64,000 nucleotides of DNA, taken from Anaeramoeba ignava BMAN (lineage: Eukaryota > Protista > Anaeramoebae). A program made the position numbers and the translations under genes. Shown here one piece after another: positions 1-13,236 of this stretch; position 1 is the first letter of the stretch; each line of letters opens with the position of its first letter. The notes under the pieces are model-generated. The model was not told where the DNA came from and searched no databases. It saw only the letters and a program-made list of their open reading frames with translations. The stretch lies in contig JAPDFW010000067.1 in the NCBI GenBank assembly GCA_028826165.1, positions 310,001 through 374,000 on the forward strand. The letters are read 5' to 3'.

Positions 1-138
1 AATATTTAATTAATATTTAATCAATATTTAATCAATAAATAATCAATATTTAATCAATATTTAATCAATATTTAATCAATAAATAATCAATAAATAATTA
101 ATAAATAATCAATATTTAAATTATTCTATTTTCTTTAG

Positions 139-1558
139 ATTGTCCTTTCTTTAATGAGAGAAGGATCTTATCAAATGAAACAAGGAATTAAACAATTTTT
201 TGAAAAAAATCAAGTCAAAGGAAATCTTATACTCCAAAATAAAAGATTACAAATTGTTTCTATTTATAAAACCTTGAAAAAATTGGAACAAGAAAACAAT
301 CAAGATAATCCTGAAAAACTTGCAAATTTTATTGAAAAATTAAATATTCAACAAAGTTTAAAAGAATTTAAAAATTGGATTCGTTCAAAATTACTAAAAT
401 ATTCTCCAACAAAAATAGAAGAAGTAATTTTATCCAAATTTTTTGATTATTTAATTTTAATTTAATATTTTTTTCATTTAAATACTTGATTTAGTTTGGG
501 GTTAAATATCAAAATTTTTATCTAAAAGAACTTTTAGATGCTTCAACAATGACTTTAAAAGATTTTGAACTTGTAACTTCTGGTCAAAATGATTCAGTTA
601 TAAATTTTTTTTCCGAAATTTTTTTGAAAGATAAAAAAAGGAAAAAAAAGGATGGAATTGAAAACAAAAAAGAAAAAGAAAATAAAAACCAAATTAAAAA
701 TCAAATCAAAAATCAAATAAAAAATCGAAATATCAAACAAAATCCAATTAAAACAAATTCTAAAAAAATAAAAATAAAAATAAAAATAAAAATAAAAATA
801 AAAATGTCAAATCAAAAGAGAAAAAATTAAATCGAAAAGATTCGCCAACAAAAAAACCAAGAAAAAAAAGAGCAAAATCAAAAAGAGTTTTTTGGACTGA
901 TATGGAAACAAATTATTTAATTTATGGAACTCAAAAACATGGAGTTGGAAAATGGTCAACAATTCTTTCAGATCCAACTTTAAAGTTTCATGATAAAAGA
1001 AAACCACATGATCTCAAAGATAAATGGAGAAATTTAATTAAAAGATATTCAAATAATCCCAATGAAACTCAAAACCAAAACCAAAATCAAATTCAAAATC
1101 AAAATCAAAATCAAATTGAAAATCAAAATCAAATTGAAAATCAAAATCAAATTCAAAATCAAATTCAAATTGAAAATCAAATTCAAATTGAAAATCAAAA
1201 TCAATTTCAAAATCAAAATCAATTTCAAATTGAAAATGAAAATCAAAATCAATTTCAAAATCAAATTGAAAATCAATTTCAAATTGAAAATCAAATTGAA
1301 AATCAAATTCAAAATCAAAATCAAAATGAAAATCAATTTCAAAATCAAATTCAAATTGAAAATCAAATTGAAAATCAATTTCAAAATCAAATTCAAATTG
1401 AAAATGAAAATCAATTTCAAAATCAAATTGAAATTCAAAATGAATTTATTGAAAATATCCAAAAAAATATTCAAAACATTTCCAAAAATCAAGAAATGAT
1501 TTATGAAGAAAAACAAAAGAGGAAATCAACTCAAAACAAAATTAAGAAAAAAATATAA
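139..1558 (+). CDS. Telobox-type Myb/SANT protein (TRF/TRB-like telomere-repeat-binding factor), 5' partial; exons 139-423 and 495-1558 with a probable 1-nt indel near 762-768
   Basis: Translation gives FWTDMETNYLIYGTQKHGVGKWSTIL...DLKDKWRNL, containing the telobox LKDKWRN motif. AG acceptors at 137-138 and 493-494, GT donor at 424. The frame switches inside an A-run. QN/EN-rich tail. Confidence 0.75.
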
Positions 1559-1816
1559 TTTAGTTTCAATTTTAAATTATAGAAAATTTAAAGTATGAAT
1601 TCCTTTTTTTTTTATAAGGAAATTTTTTTAAGTAATGCAGATAGTTCCTTTTTTTTTTGATTAAAATTTCTCTTTTTCTTTTTCTTTTTTTTTTGTTAGA
1701 AAAAAAGTTAAATTTTTTTCTGTTAAATTAGTTAAGAATTGAAAAATTCTTTCTTTCTTTTTTGTTTTGATTTATTATTTAATTTAAAAAGAAAAATTAA
1801 TTAATTGATTAATAGA

Positions 1817-4800
1817 TTAATATTTGCTATAATGAAATGAATGTGTTTTTGCTAATTCTTGATAACCAAGATAAATAGGATCATAATAACCAGATAAATG
1901 AAGCATTGAATCTCCTTCAATTCTCCATTGAAATTCTTTTTCTAAATTTATAAGTAAATTTATAAGTAAATTTGTAAGTAAGTTTATAAGTAAATTTGTA
2001 AATAAGTTTATAAGTAAATTTATAAGTAAATTTATAAGTAAATTTATAAATAAATTTATAAGTAAATTTATAAATAAATTTATAAGTAAATTTGTAAATA
2101 AGTTTATAAGTAAATGTATAAGTAAATGTATAAATAAATTTATAAGTAAGTTTATAAGTAAATTTGTAAATAAATTTATAAGTAAATTTATAAATAAATT
2201 TGTAAGTAAGTTTATAAATAAATTTATAAATAAATTTATAAGTAAATTTGTAAATAAATTTATAAGTAAATTTGTAAATAAATTTATAAATAAATTTGTA
2301 AATAAATTTATAAAGTAAAGAAAAATTTATAAATAAATTTATAAATGAATTTATATAAGAATAAGTTTGTAAATAATTTATAAATAAATTTATAAGTAAA
2401 TTTATAAATAAATTTATAAAGTAAAAATTTGTATAAGTAAATTTGTAAAATAAATTTATAAATAAATTTATAAATAAGTTTATAAATAAATTTGTAAATA
2501 AATTTATAAGTAAATTTATAAATAAATTTATAAGCAAATTTATAAAAGTAAAATGTATAAGCAATTTAAAGTAAGTAAGTAAATTTATAAATAAATTTGT
2601 AAATAAATTTGTAAATAAATTTTATAAATAAATTTATAAATAAATTTATATAAAAATAAAAAATAAAATTTATAAAATTTGTAAACAAATTAAATAAATT
2701 TATAAGTAAATTTATAAAAATAAATTTATAAAAAAATAAAAAAAAATTTGTAAATAAGTTTATAAACAAATTATAAAGTAAAATAAAGGGCAACCAAAAG
2801 GCAATTCAAGCAAAATAAGTAAATTTGTAAATAAATTTGTAAATAAATTTATAAGTAAATTTGTAAATAAGTTTATAAGTAAATTTGTAAATAAATTTAT
2901 AAATAAGTTTATAAAAAGTTTGTAAGTAAATTTATAAATAGATTTGTAAGCAAGTTTGTAAAGTAAATTTATAAGTAAATTTATAAGTAAATTTATAAAT
3001 AAATTTATAAGTAAATTTATAAATAAATTTATAAGTAAATTTATAAATAAATTTATAAGTAAATTTGTAATTAAATTTAAAGTAAATTTATAAATAAATT
3101 TGTAAATAAATTTATAAGTAAATTTATAAGTAAATTTATAAGTAAATTTATAAAAAGGGGAAATTTATAAATAAATTTATAAATAAATTTATAATAAATT
3201 TATAAATAAATTTATAAATAAATTTATAAATAAATTTATAAATAAATTTATAAATAAATTTATAAATAAATTTATAAATAAATTTATAAAGTAAATTTAA
3301 GTAAATTTATAAATAAATTTATAAATAAATTTTATAAAAAGATTTGTAAGCATAAAATAAATTTATAAGTAAATTTATAAAAGAAATTTATAAGTAAATT
3401 TATAAATAAATTTATAAAATTTATAAAAAAAGTTTATAAGTAAGTTTATAAGTAAATTTATAAATAAGTTTAAATGAAATTTTATAAGTAAATTTATAAA
3501 TAAATTTATAAATTTAAAAAGTAAATTTGTAAATAAATTTGTAATAAAAGATTGCAAAGATAAAATAAATTTATAAGCAAGTTTATAAAAAATTTAAATA
3601 AGTTTTATAAATAAATTTATAAAATAAATTTATAAGTAAATAATTTAAGTATAAGCAAATTTATAAATAAATTTATAAATAAATTTATAAATAAATTTAT
3701 AAGTAAATTATTTATAAATAAGTTTATAAATTTTATAAATAAATTTATAAATAAATTTATAAATAAGAATTTGTAAAGGAACCCATTTAAAAAAATTTAT
3801 AAGTAAATTTATAAGCAAATTTATAAATAAATTTATAAACAATTTATAAAATAAATTTATAAATAAATTTATAAATAAATTTATAAATTTAAAGTAAATT
3901 TATAAATTTCCATAAGCAAATAAATAAAGTTTGTAAATAAATTTATAAGTAAATTTATAAATAAGTTTATAAAATAAGTTTTTAAAATAAAATTTATAAA
4001 GTAAATTTATAAATAAATTTATAAGTAAATTTATAAATAAAAAATTTAAATAAATTTATAAGCATTTTAAAGTAAATTTATAATTTATAAAAATTTGTAA
4101 ATAAATTTATAAATAAATTTGTAAATAAATTTATAAAACAAATTTGTAAATAAATTTATAAGTAAATTTATAAGTAAATTTATAAATAAATTTATAAATA
4201 AATTTATAAATAAATTTATAAATAAATTTATAAATAAAATTTATAAATAAATTTATAAATAAATTTATAAGTAAATAAAAAATTTATTTGTAAATAAATT
4301 TATAAGTAAATTTATAAATAAGTTGTAAATAAATTTATAAATAAATTTATAAATAAATTTATAAAATAAATTTAAAATTTATAAATAAATTTATAAGTAA
4401 ATTTATAAATAAATTTGTAAATAACAACCTTATAAAAATAAATTTATAAAATAAATTTATAAATAAATTTATAAAATAAACCATAAATAATTTGTAAATA
4501 AATTTATAAATAAATTTGTAAATAAATTTATAAATAAATTTGTAAATAAATTTTATAAATAAATAAATAAATTTAATTTAAATTTATAAGTAAATTTATA
4601 AGCAAGTTTATAAGTAATTTATAAAATTTATAAATAAATTTATAAATAAATTTATAAGTAAATTTATAAATAAATTTATAAGTAAATTTATAAGTAAATT
4701 TATAAGTAAATTTATAAGTAAGTTTGTAAGTAAATTTCGTTAAATTTTTTTTTTATAAAAATATAAAATTAAAAAAAATAACAAACCAGCTTGAAAAAGA

Positions 4801-5003
4801 AGATCAACTCTTGCAGTTGTTTTTTTATTTTGATAAAGAGTACATAATAAAATCTCTAAATCACCATCAATATAATAAAGACGAACTTTTGAATTTTCAA
4901 CAGCTTCAGGTCCAAGTGAAATAGTTGTAAGTCTTTGATCAATTGAAGGTTTAATTGTATAAGTTCGATTTGGTTCAAATGAATGAGCCCAAAAACTTTC
5001 CAT
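1817..5003 (-). CDS. Small nucleoplasmin-like (NPL, FKBP39/HD-tuin type) domain protein; exons 5003-4787 and 1941-1817
   Basis: Exon 1 MESFWAHSFEP...LLCTL...VDLLFQA splices in frame (G|AA) to EKEFQWRIEGDSMLHLSGYY. FW and HLSGYY are NPL signatures. Confidence 0.75.
1944..4740. repeat. Intronic satellite, ~12-bp unit TAAATTTATAA(A/G)
   Basis: Hundreds of degenerate copies fill the 2845-bp intron 1942-4786. Confidence 0.95.
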
Positions 5004-5105
5004 TTAAATTTTAAAATGAAAAAAAAAATGAAAAAGAAAAAATGAAAAAAAAAAGTGGAATAAATTTTTTTATTAATCAAATAAATTTTATAACTTCTTC
5101 TTTCT

Positions 5106-5516
5106 TTATTTTTGATTTTGATTTTGATTTTGATTTTCATTTTCATTTTCATTTTGATTTTGATTTTGATTTTCATTTTGATTTTCATTTTGATTTTCAT
5201 TTTGATTTTTTTTCTCTTTTTCAGTTTCGAAAAAATGTTTTAATCTTGAATAATAAATAATTAAAGGTTCAATAAAATTATCAAATCCTAAATTTTCCAT
5301 TGCTTGCAAAATATTTTCAGTTTGTAATATTTTTTTTTTAGATTTTCTTGATAAATCTACTGCTTCAGAAGTGATAAAACTGATAAATTCAGTTGCACAT
5401 TCTTGCATTAATATTTTTGCTTCTTTTGAAAATTTAACGTTTTCTTCTGGAATTGCTTTTTTCATCATTTGGTGAATTAAATGGAAAGGAATTTTTTCAT
5501 TTACACGTAAACTCAT
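5106..5516 (-). CDS. Histone-fold protein of the NF-YB / NC2-beta (Dr1) family
   Basis: IPFHLIHQMMKKAIP...KFSKEAKILMQECATEFISFITSEA...NILQAMENLGFDNFIEPL. Confidence 0.85.
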   Translation of the reverse strand: MSLRVNEKIPFHLIHQMMKKAIPEENVKFSKEAKILMQECATEFISFITSEAVDLSRKSKKKILQTENILQAMENLGFDNFIEPLIIYYSRLKHFFETEKEKKNQNENQNENQNENQNQNQNENENENQNQNQNQK

Positions 5517-5653
5517 TTGTAAAAATAAAAGAATAAAAATATTTTTGATAAATTTGATATTTTTGATAAATCGGAAAAAAAAAATAAAGGAAAAAATGGT
5601 TTTTGTTTTTTGTTTTTTAAAATTATTTTTTCTTTAATCTTTCATCTTCTTTT

Positions 5654-7496
5654 TCAATAAGTCCAAATTTTTGCTAATTTAACTTTAAATTTCTTGTGAT
5701 ATTTAATATAATTTTCAGGAGGAAATTGATATTTTTTAATTTGATCTTTTTGTTCTTGATCTAAATAATTTTTAAATTGAGGATCTTTTTTGAATTTTTG
5801 GAAATTTTTACCAATTTGAATCATACAAAATTCTTCAAGAATTTGAGCGTTACATTGACTTGCAACATTTAAAGCAAAAACAAGCATATCTTCATGAAGA
5901 TTTTCCATTAAATCCTTTTGGCATAATTGATGAAGTCTTGGAAGTTGGAAATAATCACAAATAATAAGAAGTTCCAGCATAATTTTATTAGCTTGAATAA
6001 TTTGTTTTGTATTCTCTGTTTGTTTTGCTGAAGTGAGATTCGGGGGCAAGAATCTATCTGAATAAATATATTCAATAGCAAGTAAAAAGGAATCAAAACT
6101 AATATCAGAAAGTAATATTTCTTCTTTCTTTTTTTCCATCATTTCATTTCGAAGAACTAATTGAAAATATTTGCATCTTTGTGAAAGAATTGGTGAATGA
6201 GCAAAGAATCTTCTTTCTCTTGTATTTTCATCTTCTTTGATTATAATTCTGAAATCACTAAATGGTGATTTTCTAAGAAGCATTGCAAATCGATTTGAGA
6301 TTGTTATCATTTCGTTTGAAAGTAAATCTGAAATTTCTTTTAATATTTGGTTTTGATTTTGATTTTGATTTTTTAAAAGAGAAATATTCTTATTCATAAT
6401 TTGCTTCAAACTATCAATTTTGAAAATTTCTGCAACTGAAAGTAAATCATTTGATAATTCAACACTTTTCTTTACTTCTTCATCAATAATTGCTGAATAT
6501 AAAAATCTTATCATTGAATAAAAAGATTGAATCGAGAAATATTCAGTTGAAAGAGTAAGTATTTCTCCTTTGTTTTCAATCAATTTCAATTTAGCATTGC
6601 TACAAGTTTGTTGAACTTCCTCAAGTTTGTTTTCTTTTAATCCTCTGAAAATTTTACCAAATGTAAAGCATCTTGAAGCAAGAATAGCTTGATGAGCATC
6701 AAATGATGAATAACCTTGATTGTTTGAATTATCAACAAAACTAAATTTAACATCAGTATTGATTTTATCTTGGAAAATCTTATCACAATCAAATTGGAAA
6801 GAGCTTGATTGGATATCAATAGAAGGAAGAGTAAATTCATCAGGTAATTCACATTCCTTTTTGGGAACTAATAATTTCCTTAACCATTTCTTTTTGTTTT
6901 GCAATTCATATTTTCTTTTTCTCAATCGCTTTCTTTTCTTTGTAGATTTTGACTTCTTTGCATAATTGAATAACAACTGATTCAACTTGTTGGTAGTTGT
7001 GGCAATCCAATTCCATAAAAGGCAAATTTCTTTCATTACAAAAAGCTTCAGCTTCCTCTTTTGTAACTTGTCTTTGATTTTCCAAATCAATTTTATTTCC
7101 AACAACAAAGAGAGGAAAATAATCCTCATCTTTTATTTGAACAAATTTATTATAAAATTGAGGGATTTCCAAAAAACTATTTCTATCAGTTATTGAATAA
7201 ATTAGAATAAATCCATCAGTATATCTCATTAAATATTCAACTTGAAAAATTAAATAAGGTTCTGGATCGACTGTATCAGTAAAATTAATTTCAATTTCTG
7301 TTCCATCTATTTTGATTTCTTTTTTGTACCATTCTTCTAATCCTGGATCATATTCTTCTGAAAATCTTTGTTTTATAAATTGAATTGAAAATGTACTTCT
7401 TCCTGAATCACTTGCTCCAAAAATTGAAATTTGATAACTTGGTTTTGCTTCTTTTTCATTTTCTTTTTCAATTTCTTTATTATTTTTTCTTTTCAT
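5654..7496 (-). CDS. Ras-like GTPase domain followed by two BTB/POZ domains; split by a frameshift near 6906-6920
   Basis: Ras part 7496-6906 (YDP, GFILIYSIT, VVGNKID) overlaps a BTB ORF (TDVKF...AHQAILASRC; SDFRI...AHSPILSQRCKYF...EYIYSD) in the +1 frame. Confidence 0.75.
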
Positions 7497-7629
7497 TATT
7501 TTATTATTATTATTTTAAAAAAGAGAAAAGAAGAAAAATAAATAAAATTTTTTTTTCTCCTTTTTTAATTTTTTTTAATTTTTTTTAATTTTTTTTTTCA
7601 TTTTTATTTTTTTTTTGTTATTTTTTAAA

Positions 7630-7741
7630 ATGAGTGAAGCACATTTGAACAGAAAATTAAATGAAATTGATCGTTTGGAAAAAGAATTAAAACAACTTGG
7701 ATCTGCACAAAAAGTTAGTGCAATTTGCTCAAGGTTTGTTA

Positions 7742-7773
<32 letters not shown>

Positions 7774-7988
7774 ATAACGATAAAAAAAAAAACAAAATAT
7801 AAATTTAACATTTACAAATATAAATTTAACATTTACAAATAAAAATTTAACATTTACAATTATAAATTAGTTTGATTTTATATACTGAGAATATTAAAGA
7901 TCCATTATCTCCTGGTTATGATTCTTCAAAAAATCCTTGGGTAAAGGAAGTTGTTAAACCAAAATCTGGAATGTGTATACTGATTTAA
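7630..7988 (+). CDS. Heterotrimeric G-protein gamma subunit (~73 aa); exons 7630-7733 and 7871-7988
   Basis: Spliced product MSEAHLNRKLNEIDRLEKELKQLGSAQKVSAICSSLILYTENIKDPLSPGYDSSKNPWVKEVVKPKSGMCILI has an N-terminal coiled coil, KVS, DPL, NPW and a CaaX box (CILI). Confidence 0.85.
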
Positions 7989-8476
7989 CTTCCTTTAATT
8001 CTCATCAATAACAACAAAACAAAAACACATTTACATTTACATTGACATTTACAATTCAAAAACAATTCAAAACAAAACAAAACTCACAATTCAATTCAAT
8101 TCAATTCAATTTCTTTTTCTCTTGTTTTTTTCTTTTTTTCTTTTTTCAAAGTTCCTATTGTTTTTTTTTTCTCTTTTCTTTTCTTTTTAAAATCAAATTT
8201 AAAAAGCAAAAACAAAAATTTTTTTTTAATATTTTTTTTTTTCATTTTTTTTTAAATTTTGATTTTAATTTGTTAATCAATGATGAAATCTAGAGGTATT
8301 AAATAAAAAGTTTAGTTGTTTTATTTTTCTAAAAACATCAATGACTAAAAACTCTTCTAGATAATGCTGCCTTCCTTCTGAGATTAACATTTAATAATTT
8401 TTATTTTTTTTAATAATTTTTTTTTTCATTTTTTTTCTTTTCATTTTTTTTTTCTTAATAAAATTAAATAATAAAA

Positions 8477-11400
8477 ATGAATCCAATTAATGAAATTATT
8501 AATCAAATTCTTATTAATAATGATAAACCTAAACCTTGTAAAAGATATACACAAACAAAAATCATTTTTTCCTTTTATTTTAAACAAAACTAAACAAAAC
8601 AAAACAAAACATAAATTCTTTCTTTAAGTGAATGATGATAAATCTATTTTAATTACGTAAATTTAATTATAAATATAATTATAAATATAATTATAAATTT
8701 AATTATAAATTTAATTATAAATATAATTATAAATTTAATTATAAATATAATTATAAATTTAATTATAAATTTAATAGATAAATATACTTATAAATATAAT
8801 TATAAATATAATTATAAATTTGATTATAAATATAATTATAAATTTAATTATAAATATAATTATAAATTTAATTATAAATATAATTATAAATTTAATTATA
8901 AATATAATTATAAAAATATAATTATAAATTTAATTATAAATTTAATTATAAATTTAATTATAAATATAATTATAAATATAATTATAAATTTAATTATAAA
9001 TATAATTATAAATATAATTATAAATATAATTATAAATATAATTATAAATTTAATTATAAATTTAATAGATAAATTTAATAGATAAATTTAATAGATAAAT
9101 TTAATTATAAATATAATTATAAATTTTGTTATAAATTTAATTATAAATATAATTATAAATATAATTATAAATATAATTATAAATTTAATAGATAAATTTA
9201 ATTATAAATATAATTATAAATTTAAAGCCAGACTCCGGAGTCAAAAAATTAGTCATCCAAAAATGTATATAGAAAAAATTTTTTATTGATTTTTTTTTAT
9301 TGATTTTTTTTTATTGATTTTTTTTTCTTTTGGATTTCCCTCAAATTCCAATCAAAGTCAATTTTGTGTTTTGAAATTATCATTTTTTTTTTTTCTCTTA
9401 GACTTCATAAGAATTCTTCCAAATTGGTTATCTTTCCTCTCTCTTTCCCTTTTCATTTCCCAAGAAATTGAACTTTGAATAAAAGAAAACAAAAGAAAAA
9501 GATAATTCGATTCATGAAATTTATTTCCTTTTATTTTCCACAAACTCAATCCTTTTTCATCGCTTATTGTTCTGAATTCAAAAATTTTTCAAAACAAAAT
9601 GAGAAAAGAGAAACAAGAAAATTCCAAATAATCAAAATAACCAAAATAATCCAAATAATCAAAATAATCAAAATAATCAAAATAATCAAAATAATCAAAA
9701 TAATCAAAATAATCAAAATAATCAAAATAATCAAAATAACCAAAATAACCAAAATAACCAAAATAATCAAAATAATCAAAATAATCAAAATAATGAAAAT
9801 AATCAAAATAATCAAAATAACCAAAATAACCAAAATAATCAAAATAATCAAAATAATCAAAATAATCAAAATAATCAAAATAATGAAAATAATCAAAATA
9901 ACCAAAATAACCAAAATAACCAAAATAATCAAAATAATCAAAATAATCAAAATAATCAAAATAACCAAAATAATCAAAATAATCAAAATAACCAAAATAA
10001 TCAAAATAATCAAAATAACCAAAATAACCAAAATAATCAAAATAATCAAAATAATCAAAATAATCAAAATAACCAAAATAATCAAAATAATCAAAATTTC
10101 AATTTTGAAAATCGGTTTCTCTTCGAAAGAGAGAGAGAATTTTTTCTAATTCATAATTGTTAAATTGATCTTACTTAATTCTCTCGAGATCCACTGGAGA
10201 AAAATACTCTCTTTCTTCTTATTTATCATTCTCTCTCTCGTAATTATATATCTCTCTTCAAAAAAAGTTTCCAAAAAATAAGAAAAAGAATCTCTTATAA
10301 CAATGAAGAACTTTTGTATACTGTGAAATGAAATTTAAGAATAGGAAATAATAAGGGAATAAAAAAGAAAGAGGGTTTGCGAAATTTAAGTTCTCAATTT
10401 TTCAAGTTAGATCAAAAAATTTAAAAGTGGATTTTCCCAAAAAAAAATTTTTTTCTTCTCCTTTTTGATTTATTATTTTAAAGAAATTTGTAATTCATTT
10501 TTTATTGATTTTCTTTTCATTTTGGATGACTCAAATTTATATTTGCTGAATAATTTTATTCTCGAGGGGTGACCGGAGTCTGCCTTTAATTATAAATTTA
10601 ATTATAAATTTAATTATAAATTTAATTATAAATATAATTATAAATTTAATTATAAATTTAATTATAAATTTAATTATAAATTTAATTATAAATTTAATTA
10701 TAAATTTAATTATAAATTTAATTATAAATATAATTATAAATTTAATTATAAATTTAATTATAAATTTAATTATAAATATAATTATAAATATAGTTATAAA
10801 TATAATTATAAATTTAATTATAAATATAATTATAAATTTAATTATAAATATAATTATAAATATAATTATAAATTTAATTATAAATTTAATTATAAATTTA
10901 ATTATAAATATAATTATAAATTTAATTATAAATATAATTATAAATTTAATTATAAATTTAATTATAAATATAATTATAAATATAATAGATAAATTTAATT
11001 ATAAGTTTAATTATAAAGATAATAGATAAATATAATAGATAAATTTAATTATAAATATAATTTATAAATATAATAGATAAATATAATAGATAAATATAAT
11101 AGATAAATTTAATAGATAAATTTAATTATAAATTTAATTATAAATATAATTATAAATTTAATTATAAATTTAATTATAAATTTAATTATAAATTTAATTA
11201 TAAATTTAATTATAAATTTAATTATAAAATTAATTATAAAATTAATTATAAATTTAATTATAAATATAATTATAAATATAAATATAAATTTAATCACGTA
11301 AATTTAATTATAAATATAAATTATAAATTTAATTATAAATATAAATATAAATATAATTATAAATATAATTATAAATATAATAGATAAATTTAATTATAAA

Positions 11401-13099
11401 TTTAATTATAAATTTAATTATAAATATAATTATAAATATAATTATAAATTTAATTATAAATTTAATTATAAATTTTGTTATAAATATAATTATAAATTTA
11501 ATTATAAATTTAATTATAAATATAATTATAAATTTAATAGATAAATTTAATTATAAATTTAATTATAAATTTAATTATAAATTTAATTATAAATTTAATT
11601 ATAAATTTAATTATAAATTTAATTATAAATATAATTATAAATATAATATAAATATAATTATAAATATAATTATAAATATAATAGATAAATTTAATTATAA
11701 ATTTAATTATAAATTTAATTATAAATTTAATTATAAATTTAATTATAAATATAATTATAAATTTAATAGATAAATTTAATTATAAATATAATTATAAATA
11801 TAATTATAAATTTAATTATAAATTTAATTATAAATATAATTATAAATATAATTATAAAATTTATTATAAACTTAATTATAAATATAATTATAAATATAAT
11901 TATAAATATAATTATAAATTTATAAATATAAATAAATAATTATAAATTTAATTATAAATATAATTATAAATATAATTATAAATATAATTATAAATTTAAT
12001 TATAAATATAATTATAAATTTAATTATAAATATAATAGATAAATATAATTATAAATATAAATATAAATTTAATTATAAATTTAATTATAAATTTAATAGA
12101 TAAATATAATTATAAGTTTAATTATAAATATACTTATAAATTTAATTATAAACTTAATTATAAAGATAATAGATAAATTTAATAGATAAATATAATTATA
12201 AATTTAATTATAAATTTGTTTATAAATTTAATTATAAATATAATTATAAAATTTATTATAAACTTAATTATAAATTTAATAGATAAATTTTGAAATAAAT
12301 ATAATAGATAAATTTAATTATAAATATAATAGATAAATTTAATTATAAATATAATTATAAATATAATAGATAAATATAATAGATAAATATAATAGATAAA
12401 TATAATAGATAAATTTAATTATAAATTTAATTATAAATATAATTATAAAATTTATTATAAATTTAATTATAAATTTAATAGATAAATTTTGAAATAAATT
12501 TAATAGATAAATTTTGAAATAAATTTAATAGATAAATTTAATAGATAAATTTAATTATAAATTTAATTATAAATATAATAGATAAATATAATAGATAAAA
12601 TTAATAGATAAATTAAAAATAGTTTAGGAAATTTATTCCCAAATATGATTGAAAAATCACTTGAAATATTAGATGAATTAGAATTAAAAGATAATGAATG
12701 GGGAACAAGAGAAATAACAGCAGAAGATATACTTGAACCACCAAAAACACTTCCACCAATAATTAAAATTATTTGTTCAAATTCTGAAAAATTTTTCTAT
12801 AAATTTGGAAATAATCCATCATATATTATATTTCAAAATAATTATTGCACTTGTCCTTCTTTTTATTTTCAAGTTATTAAAAAAAAAACTCAATCTTTAG
12901 TAAAAAAAAAATTTGGTTTTTGAATTTATTTAATTAATTTTTAATTTGATTTTCTTCTTTTTTAAAGTGTAAACACCAACTTACAATTAAACTTGCTAAT
13001 TATTCTGGAATGATTAAATCTTGTTTTGTTTCTGAAGAAGAATATACAAATATACTTTCCAAAAATTTAGAAATTTCCAAAAAAAGAAAAGAAATTTAA
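8477..13099 (+). CDS. ZSWIM7: SWIM zinc-finger protein, ZSWIM7/Sws1 (Shu complex)-like; exons 8477-8537, 8629-8656, 12623-12899, 12968-13099
   Basis: All junctions are GT-AG and phase-consistent. LGNLFPNMIEKSLEILD, then YCTCPSF...CKHQL completes the CxC...CxH SWIM motif across the last intron. Confidence 0.75.
9226..10585. mobile_element. Non-autonomous TIR DNA transposon (Kolobok-like ends), 1360 bp
   Basis: TTAA|AGCCAGACTCCGG ... CCGGAGTCTGCCT|TTAA: 13-bp TIR with 1 mismatch, TTAA duplication at 9222-9225 and 10586-10589. Removing it restores the host 12-mer repeat. Confidence 0.88.
9625..10096. repeat. 9-bp tandem repeat AAAATAA(T/C)C inside the non-autonomous element
   Basis: About 50 near-perfect copies. 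Confidence 0.95.
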
Positions 13100-13236
13100 A
13101 ACAAATTCAATTTTAATTTTATTTATATTGTTTTAATTAAAGACTGAAAAAATTTCCCTAAAAATAACTTTTTTTTCATTTTTCATTTTTCATTTTTCAT
13201 TTTTCTTTTTTTCTTTTTTTCATTTTTTTAAAAAAT

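Larger units (their letters stand above)
8657..12622. repeat. Intronic satellite, 12-bp unit TTATAAAT(T/A)TAA, interrupted by a transposon at 9226-10585
   Basis: Direct reading of the ~4-kb intron. Confidence 0.95.

Noticed and set aside
1049-3557. Long I/K/L/F/N-rich ORFs (also at 9475, 9564, 11109, 23510, 27765, 55493-56549 and 58260-60567)
   Set aside because: They are alternate-frame or antisense translations of simple repeats, with no domain content.
6900-6925. Programmed ribosomal frameshifting at the Ras/BTB junction, at 762-768, and in PRP16 (62640-63400)
   Set aside because: All shifts fall in or beside A-runs, go in different directions and share no motif. Homopolymer assembly errors are simpler. 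Needs a read-level check.
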